64,000 nt of DNA from a virus. Lineage: Duplodnaviria; Caudoviricetes. The stretch covers positions 67,841 through 131,840 of IMG/VR virus record IMGVR_UViG_3300032138_000524, one strand, 5' to 3'. The notes below the pieces were generated by a model. The model did not search any database and was not told the DNA's origin. It saw nothing but the letters and a program-made list of their open reading frames with translations. Below, piece after piece: positions 58,471-64,000 of this stretch. Each line of letters starts with the position of its first letter. Position 1 is the stretch's first letter. A program made the translations under genes and the position numbers.

Positions 58471-58709
58471 CTTACTATTTATTACTGGAAGGTGATTCCG
58501 AAAAAGATGTTTATTTTGACTCAAATGTTTTAGGAGAAGAAAGTTTTGGAACGTTTTATACAGGTCAAGGTATGGTAGCCTTAACCAACATTGTAGAAAA
58601 GAAACCTGAATTACTCGAAGTCATCAAGATTCTTGATGAAACTAAGAAATCGTACACCCTTACAAAATTCTTTGACATTTTATCTAAATTAAAGATAAAA
58701 AGTACTTGA
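58467..58709 (+). CDS. Hypothetical protein
   Basis: Coupled ORF. Confidence 0.55.
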   Translation: MTYYLLLEGDSEKDVYFDSNVLGEESFGTFYTGQGMVALTNIVEKKPELLEVIKILDETKKSYTLTKFFDILSKLKIKST

Positions 58710-58734
58710 CTTTTATGTGCTTATTTTGTAAGAT
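58706..58734 (+). promoter_or_regulatory. Sigma70-like promoter TTGACT-N17-TAAGAT
   Basis: Same hexamers and spacing as 33297-33325. Confidence 0.7.
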
Positions 58735-58755
58735 CGTATATAATGGAGAAGTATA

Positions 58756-58947
58756 ATGACTGATTGGAAACATTATGAAGAATATGAAGAAGAAATTCAT
58801 AACGAGATTAATAAGAAATTTGTTAATAAAATCAAGAAAAAGAAAACTTGGAAACAAATTACCGAAGTCAAGAATGATAGAGAACACTCCAAAAAACAAT
58901 GGCAAAAGAAAAGGAGAAAGTCAAAGAATGAAAGTAATAACGAGTAG
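58756..58947 (+). CDS. Small charged hypothetical protein
   Basis: GGAG RBS downstream of the promoter. Confidence 0.55.
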   Translation: MTDWKHYEEYEEEIHNEINKKFVNKIKKKKTWKQITEVKNDREHSKKQWQKKRRKSKNESNNE

Positions 58948-59449
58948 TCTTTTATTTCTATTACTCTTTGGATGTTCTGATTCAACATCGTTTGAACCAG
59001 TAGAACCAGATGTAATAAGAGTAGAACTTAATCAGGGGTTAAATGAAGATAGTAATGGATATTATCACTTAGAATTAGGTGATACGTGGCAAACCTTACA
59101 TAGACTTAGTGGAACAGCATATATAAATGATGAACCACTCGAAGTATTAAAAGTATATTGGGAATCATCTCATTATTGGTATCTTGGAGATACTCTTGGT
59201 TACATTGTTAATAGATACTTAACGAATGATGGAATTTATGTATCAGTAGATACTTCATATGTAACAGGGTTTAATGGAATGGAAGTTCCTACAATCAATC
59301 CAGCAAGTTATAGTAACGCTGAAGGTGAAGTAAATACAATGTTTGCACCAGTTCAAAGTATGGAAGATGATACGGTTACAGTTAGAATGTATTTTTGGAA
59401 CAACGAATATGAAATGATAGATGAGGTATTTTATATTGTATTAAATTAG
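58928..59449 (+). CDS. Lipoprotein
   Basis: MKVITSSLLFLLLFG-C lipobox; real start ATG 58928 rather than 58775. Confidence 0.75.
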   Translation: MKVITSSLLFLLLFGCSDSTSFEPVEPDVIRVELNQGLNEDSNGYYHLELGDTWQTLHRLSGTAYINDEPLEVLKVYWESSHYWYLGDTLGYIVNRYLTNDGIYVSVDTSYVTGFNGMEVPTINPASYSNAEGEVNTMFAPVQSMEDDTVTVRMYFWNNEYEMIDEVFYIVLN

Positions 59450-59459
59450 GAGAACGGAT

Positions 59460-59720
59460 GTGAAATATGTGTTGGTGGATAATACGGATAGTATTAACAC
59501 TTCAGTTGATCTTGCTAGTAATGTAGGTTTAACTGGTGCTAAAACTTATTTTTTAGGAATTAAAAAATTAGACCCAAAAGAGTTTAATAAGTTATGGAAA
59601 GTAATGACAAGAGATGAATATGATAGACAATTTCATTCTTCAAACAGACCCCCATCACATCAAGGAATTAGATGGTGGGAAGAAGATAAGGAAATCACGG
59701 ATAGTGAATTGAAGTATTAA
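59460..59720 (+). CDS. Hypothetical protein
   Basis: AGGAG RBS, GTG start. Confidence 0.55.
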   Translation: MKYVLVDNTDSINTSVDLASNVGLTGAKTYFLGIKKLDPKEFNKLWKVMTRDEYDRQFHSSNRPPSHQGIRWWEEDKEITDSELKY

Positions 59721-59733
59721 CAAGGAAAAGGTT

Positions 59734-59997
59734 ATGAGTAAAGAAGATAAACTAACTCCCGAACAAGAGAAGGAGTTAATCATGTTATCGGCTGAAATCG
59801 AGGCCGAGGCAATCAAAATGAGAATGGATTATGAAACTAATCCATCAGAAGAAAGTGGCAGTGTAGTTCACATACACCAAGAAAGTTCACTATTAAAAGA
59901 TGAAGATGAGAAGTTAGATGATGTGGCTTTAGTTAGTAGTAGTAAATTACTTGCCAAAGAATTAAAAAAACAGAAGAAAAAAGGAGATAAAAAATGA
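59734..59997 (+). CDS. Hypothetical protein
   Basis: Intact ORF coupled to the next gene. Confidence 0.55.
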   Translation: MSKEDKLTPEQEKELIMLSAEIEAEAIKMRMDYETNPSEESGSVVHIHQESSLLKDEDEKLDDVALVSSSKLLAKELKKQKKKGDKK

Positions 59998-60245
59998 CGG
60001 ATGTATTATGGGTTATAGTTGGAATCGTTATTGGTTCTATAGGTGGAATACTTACTATTTCACTTCTTACAGCAGGTAAGACCGAAGATTTGTATACAGA
60101 AATTTCTAATTTGAACAATGAAGTTCAAGATTTAAGAGTTCAACGAGAATTACTTAAAGAAGAAATTGAAAGGTTAAATAAACCAAGACGGAAACCAACA
60201 CCGAGAAAGAAAAGAAATTATAGACCACGAAATCGTAAAAAATAA
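59994..60245 (+). CDS. TM + coiled-coil + basic-tail protein
   Basis: N-terminal hydrophobic helix, heptads, Arg/Lys-rich tail. Confidence 0.6.
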   Translation: MTDVLWVIVGIVIGSIGGILTISLLTAGKTEDLYTEISNLNNEVQDLRVQRELLKEEIERLNKPRRKPTPRKKRNYRPRNRKK

Positions 60246-60280
60246 GAAGTTTATAATTATAATAGAAATGGAGAGTTATT

Positions 60281-60538
60281 GTGGCTAGTTTACCAACAGG
60301 ACCAGATGAAATACATGGTGGAGATGGATTGCCCGATTGGATGCAATTTACCATTACAGTTGCCATGTTTGGAGTTTTTGGTTGGATAATATGGTTATTA
60401 TTTTCACCAACAATGACTTTAGATGAGAAGTTTAGAGATTTACTTAATATTATAGTTGGTGGATTTTTAGCATCATTTGGTAAAGTTGTGGATTTTTGGT
60501 TTAAACACGATAAGACTACTAAAAGGAAAACTCAATGA
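60281..60538 (+). CDS. Holin-like two-TM protein
   Basis: Two TM helices, basic C-terminus, VVDFWF; directly upstream of the endolysin. Confidence 0.6.
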   Translation: MASLPTGPDEIHGGDGLPDWMQFTITVAMFGVFGWIIWLLFSPTMTLDEKFRDLLNIIVGGFLASFGKVVDFWFKHDKTTKRKTQ

Positions 60539-61140
60539 TAGAAGTTATAATAAACTTTATTAAAAGTCTATTTATTAAAGATAAAGAAGAGCCCACGATG
60601 GAGGCACTTCATAATATTAGTATTCCAATGGATACAATTACTAAAGTGGAGAAAGAAGAAATGTCAAAATTCGATGAAATTATAGAAGGTGTATTAAAAC
60701 ACGAAGGTGGATATGTAAATGATCCGACAGATTTAGGCGGTGAGACTAATTTCGGCATAACTAAACGATTCTATCCCGATGTAGACATAAAGAATCTTAC
60801 AGAAGAAGGTGCAAAGGAAATCTACAAGAAAGATTATTGGGATAAGAACAAAGTAGATGATTTACCAGATGATTTAAAACATATCTATTTTGATATGTGT
60901 GTGAATCAAGGTAGGGGAACTGCCGTCAGAGTATTACAACGGGCAATAAATGGTAAAGGTGGTAAAATAGCAGTAGATGGTGGATTTGGTCCAGGTACTA
61001 AGGGTGCATTAGCAAAATATAAACCATCCGTAGAGAGAGTTCGTTGTTATAGATTAAAACATTATTATGATTTAGTTAATAAGAAACCAGAACAAGAAAA
61101 ATTCTTATTCGGTTGGTATAGAAGAGCATTAGAAGTATAA
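60535..61140 (+). CDS. Endolysin, glycoside hydrolase family 108 with peptidoglycan-binding domain
   Basis: HEGGYVNDPTDLGGETNFGI, LQRA, DGGFGPGT, FLFGW. Confidence 0.92.
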   Translation: MIEVIINFIKSLFIKDKEEPTMEALHNISIPMDTITKVEKEEMSKFDEIIEGVLKHEGGYVNDPTDLGGETNFGITKRFYPDVDIKNLTEEGAKEIYKKDYWDKNKVDDLPDDLKHIYFDMCVNQGRGTAVRVLQRAINGKGGKIAVDGGFGPGTKGALAKYKPSVERVRCYRLKHYYDLVNKKPEQEKFLFGWYRRALEV

Positions 61141-61170
61141 CTTTTTTATATATACTATATTTATTATCGA

Positions 61171-61188
61171 ATGTGAAAGATTTCACAT
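61171..61188. promoter_or_regulatory. Palindrome ATGTGAAA-GA-TTTCACAT (TGTGA-N6-TCACA, CRP-family-like box)
   Basis: Perfect 8-bp inverted repeat. Confidence 0.45.
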
Positions 61189-61307
61189 CACCTGAAGGAT
61201 GGGGAGCATAGTTACTTGACAGGAAATACTCTTGAACACTCATTCGCGATAAAAGTGTAAAGTTTTTTCAAAACAATTACACCCGCTCTACTTCAGACCT
61301 GATGTGA
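61183..61307 (+). ncRNA. Putative structured non-coding RNA or leader
   Basis: Nested complementary pairs TCACATCA/TGATGTGA, CTGAAG/CTTCAG, GGAGC/GCTCT, GTGTAA/TTACAC in the largest intergenic gap. Confidence 0.55.
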
Positions 61308-61344
61308 CCACTAACAAATAAAAAATAATAAATGGAGATTGACC

Positions 61345-61638
61345 GTGAGTGATTCACCCAAATGGTATAATAACATGGAGAAGTTTACCTTGAACGGACA
61401 AGACAAAAAAGATTTAAATGTGATATTAGAAAGAATGGAACAGGCTGATAAAGACCGTGACCAGATGCATACTGATATCAAATTCATTAAAGAAAATTTA
61501 TTCAATCCCCATGAAGGATTATGGCAAGAGTCTAAACAGAATACTCAGTTTAGAAAAGATACTACGAAATGGCGTGGTATAATTGGGGCAGGTTTCGTAG
61601 GGTTATTTTTTAAACAAATGTATGATTTATTTGTATAA
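61345..61638 (+). CDS. Coiled-coil protein with C-terminal TM helix (XhlA/holin-like)
   Basis: Heptads, then WRGIIGAGFVGLFF; GGAG before GTG 61345; alternative ATG 61375. Confidence 0.55.
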   Translation: MSDSPKWYNNMEKFTLNGQDKKDLNVILERMEQADKDRDQMHTDIKFIKENLFNPHEGLWQESKQNTQFRKDTTKWRGIIGAGFVGLFFKQMYDLFV

Positions 61639-61700
61639 GCCGTAACATCTCGAGCTCTGTTCGGCAAGATTTTTATTAACGCGTGTTATAGGAGAGTAAT

Positions 61701-61901
61701 ATGAAGAACATATTAAAACTCATCCTTTCGGTATTTATCTTCTTTGGAGCAGTACCTACAGTATCATCGATGGACTATAGTGAAAAAGCCAGTATGTCGG
61801 AAGAAGTAAAGAAAAAGAAGAAGAAAAAAGGTAAGAAGATACAAAAAGGAACAAAGAAAAAGAAGAAGGGATTCTTCAGTAAAGTATTTGGTTCTAAGTA
61901 A
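61701..61901 (+). CDS. Signal-peptide-bearing poly-Lys peptide with C-terminal amphipathic helix
   Basis: AGGAG RBS; hydrophobic N-terminus; 17 Lys in the last 30 aa; ends GFFSKVFGSK. Confidence 0.75.
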   Translation: MKNILKLILSVFIFFGAVPTVSSMDYSEKASMSEEVKKKKKKKGKKIQKGTKKKKKGFFSKVFGSK

Positions 61902-61915
61902 CCAATTCCAAGAGA

Positions 61916-61946
61916 GCCTCATTAGATAATATAGTGAGGTTTTTTT
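61916..61946 (+). terminator. Rho-independent terminator
   Basis: GCCTCATTA/TAGTGAGGT stem followed by a T run. Confidence 0.75.
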
Positions 61947-61971
61947 GTGCGTTATATATATTATAGTAGTT

Positions 61972-62241
61972 ATGTGTGAGTTATGTGAATTAAAAATAAA
62001 AACAAATATTTATCTTGAAAATGAGTATTTTATAATACTTGATTGTATAGATTGTCATGTTCCTATGATAGTTTGGAAGGAACATACAATGTTAGTGCCA
62101 GAACCAGATGAACAGGTAATGGAAGGATTTTTAATTGAATGTGGTAGACAATTTTATGGTTATAATAGTTCATTCTTTATAGATAAAAATCAACGGAAGA
62201 TATTTGACCATTTACATTGGCATGTTAGATTAAATTCATAG
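61972..62241 (+). CDS. HIT-like Zn protein
   Basis: CELC, CIDC, HLHWH. Confidence 0.65.
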   Translation: MCELCELKIKTNIYLENEYFIILDCIDCHVPMIVWKEHTMLVPEPDEQVMEGFLIECGRQFYGYNSSFFIDKNQRKIFDHLHWHVRLNS

Positions 62242-62274
62242 ATATATATTTATGGTTATGAAGGAGAAAAAATA

Positions 62275-63066
62275 ATGTTATTTGCAACTATAGGATGTTC
62301 TTTTACTCGTGGTGAAAGACTTTTTTATCACAGGTATGTAGAAGATGATGAACTATCAACTATTAATGAGAGACATAACGGCAAGGGAACGACACCTATT
62401 CCCATTTTTGGGCAAATATCTGATAAGGATGGAAATCATATGAAACATGCAACTGAACAAGATAAACGATTTCAGTTAGATATTTCATATACAGGACTAT
62501 TATCAAAAAGGTTGAATTGTGATTATATTACTAAGTCTGGTGATAATTTAGGTCATTTAGATTGGGTCATACCAGAATGGGTGAAAATGTCAAGGACTAT
62601 TCCTGGACGGAAGTTAGATTTTATTGTTTTACAATTAACTGAACCACAAAGAGATCTTAAAGAGTTTTATGGTGGTCATGATGGTCAAGAGTTTTGGGAT
62701 AAACTGGGGTCTATTTCTACACCACCCGAAGAAAAAGAGAAATTAGAGCATCATTTAGAAGTGGAAATACCAGAACTAACAGTTAAGAAAGTTTTAGAGG
62801 CAAATAAATTATGTAAGGATAATGATATTGATTTACTTGTTTGGAGTTGGACAACTCCCATAGCAGAAATGTTAAAGGACGAAGATTTCTTTGTTAAGAT
62901 AGAATATGAAGGTAAAGAACACATTTCATATAACCATATGAGTGCATATGCTTCGGTGTCAATTAATCAAGTTTTTGATAGTAACGATACTCATCCAAAT
63001 AAACTCTTTAACAGAGTATTATATGATTCTATTATAAGAAAGTTAAAAGAAAAGGGGATTATTTAA
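62275..63066 (+). CDS. SGNH-hydrolase-like protein
   Basis: GCSFTRG, DTHPN. Confidence 0.65.
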   Translation: MLFATIGCSFTRGERLFYHRYVEDDELSTINERHNGKGTTPIPIFGQISDKDGNHMKHATEQDKRFQLDISYTGLLSKRLNCDYITKSGDNLGHLDWVIPEWVKMSRTIPGRKLDFIVLQLTEPQRDLKEFYGGHDGQEFWDKLGSISTPPEEKEKLEHHLEVEIPELTVKKVLEANKLCKDNDIDLLVWSWTTPIAEMLKDEDFFVKIEYEGKEHISYNHMSAYASVSINQVFDSNDTHPNKLFNRVLYDSIIRKLKEKGII

Positions 63067-63783
63067 ATGAATAATTTATTTATATATGGGTGTTCTCATT
63101 CTGTCGGACATAATATTCCTAATGAAAAGTTTTGGGGATATTTGTTATCTCAAAGATTAAATTTAAATCTGGTGGGAACTCTATGTTCTGGTAAAGGACT
63201 TGGACATATCATATCTTCTTTGTTTAGAGATATTTATAATAAGAGTATTAAAGAAGGTGATGTTGTGATTTGGAATACTTCATACCCGTCAAGATTTACT
63301 TCACCAAAGATCAACTCGGATATTTACCACTTCATCCATGGACAAGATTCACTACAGAGAGAAGAATATAAAATAGTTGATAATGGTAAAAAGAAACGAT
63401 TATGGGCAAGTGATATGGATATGGTTAATTACTGGTTTCAAGAAACCGTAGTTGGATATGATATATTAAAAAGTATGGGTATTGAAACTTATCAATGGAC
63501 TTTACTTGGAATAGAAGAATTGAGTGGTTTATTAAAAATGGCACATAAGTGGAGGCCGTCAGAAATGGAATTAGATAGACCTATAAGTTCGTGGGAAAAT
63601 TTAATACCATCACCAAGTGGATATCAAGACTGGTCATGGTTTATAGAATCAAATGAGTATATGATTGGAGAATTCCAAGGGGGTATAGATGCACATATGA
63701 ATGTAAAAGGTCATGAAGTATTTTATAATCATTTTTATAATAGGATAAAAGAGATAAGAGATAATGGTAGAAATAAGACATAA
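63067..63783 (+). CDS. SGNH-hydrolase-like protein
   Basis: GCSHSVG, DAHMN..GH. Confidence 0.65.
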   Translation: MNNLFIYGCSHSVGHNIPNEKFWGYLLSQRLNLNLVGTLCSGKGLGHIISSLFRDIYNKSIKEGDVVIWNTSYPSRFTSPKINSDIYHFIHGQDSLQREEYKIVDNGKKKRLWASDMDMVNYWFQETVVGYDILKSMGIETYQWTLLGIEELSGLLKMAHKWRPSEMELDRPISSWENLIPSPSGYQDWSWFIESNEYMIGEFQGGIDAHMNVKGHEVFYNHFYNRIKEIRDNGRNKT

Positions 63784-64000
63784 AGAAACCAATGAACAAT
63801 ACACGTATATTACTCTTGATTCAATTTTAGATACAAGTTGTTTGAAAGATACTGATGGAAAGATGAGGAAAAGTTTAGAGACTATATATAATAAGTCTAA
63901 TGATATATTTCATTGGCAAGACGATGAACGGGGAACAAGGAGTTGTAACTCTTTATCGGGTTCACTTGAATACCATAAATCACATGGAAGGAAGCTTACT
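63764..64000 (+). CDS. Partial ORF running off the window; possible third paralog of the 24376/30515 oxygenases
   Basis: Open from ATG 63764 to the window end; YITLDSILDTS resembles IIELDEYLDLS. Confidence 0.5.
   Translation, partial: MVEIRHKETNEQYTYITLDSILDTSCLKDTDGKMRKSLETIYNKSNDIFHWQDDERGTRSCNSLSGSLEYHKSHGRKLT

Noticed and set aside
58775-58927. Long N-terminal extension of the lipoprotein ORF
   Set aside because: Overlaps the 58756 gene; the lipobox signal begins at ATG 58928.
61183-61307. tRNA, hammerhead ribozyme, SRP RNA or known riboswitch
   Set aside because: No T-loop GTTC cloverleaf, no CTGANGA/GAAA core, and no matching aptamer consensus by eye; an Rfam search is still needed.
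1297-61505. All minus-strand ORFs of 60-100 aa in the track
   Set aside because: They lie antisense to well-supported + strand genes or the structured element, lack motifs and RBS, and have shadow-ORF composition.
1-64000. Stop-codon reassignment or selenocysteine recoding
   Set aside because: Genes are full-length under the standard code, and TAA, TAG and TGA all terminate genes at coupled junctions.

Overview
AT-rich, gene-dense window in which essentially all real genes lie on the + strand, with overlapping start/stop codons and AGGAG-type Shine-Dalgarno sites. It is best read as part of a large (jumbo/T4-like-clade) bacteriophage genome. Core-looking genes include clamp loader subunits (gp44- and gp62-like), a PD-(D/E)XK nuclease, thioredoxin, two ClpP-like proteases, two amino-DNA methyltransferases and a GH108 endolysin with holin-like neighbours. 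Three large accessory islands interrupt these genes: (i) ~0.06-17 kb, with glycosyl-, methyl-, acyl- and sulfotransferases, an ATP-grasp, a radical SAM enzyme, MORN-repeat proteins and a double nucleotidyltransferase; (ii) 19.8-31.2 kb, a compact modification toolkit (GNAT-QueC-like fusion, SpeD, porin + EamA transporter, hydroxylases, SET methyltransferase, lipoate-ligase homologue, a Ser/Thr-rich small protein and two radical SAM enzymes) bracketed by duplicated genes; (iii) 36-56 kb, a glycan-biosynthesis cluster (Gmd, NeuA/NeuB, many glycosyltransferases, one apparently circularly permuted). Next come an adenine/SAM by-product salvage set (Apt, MtnN, S-component-like transporter) and a lysis region holding a structured ~130-nt non-coding element and a signal-peptide-bearing poly-Lys peptide. 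No tRNA, rRNA, CRISPR array or transposase was recognised. All functional calls come from motifs read by eye, not from database searches.
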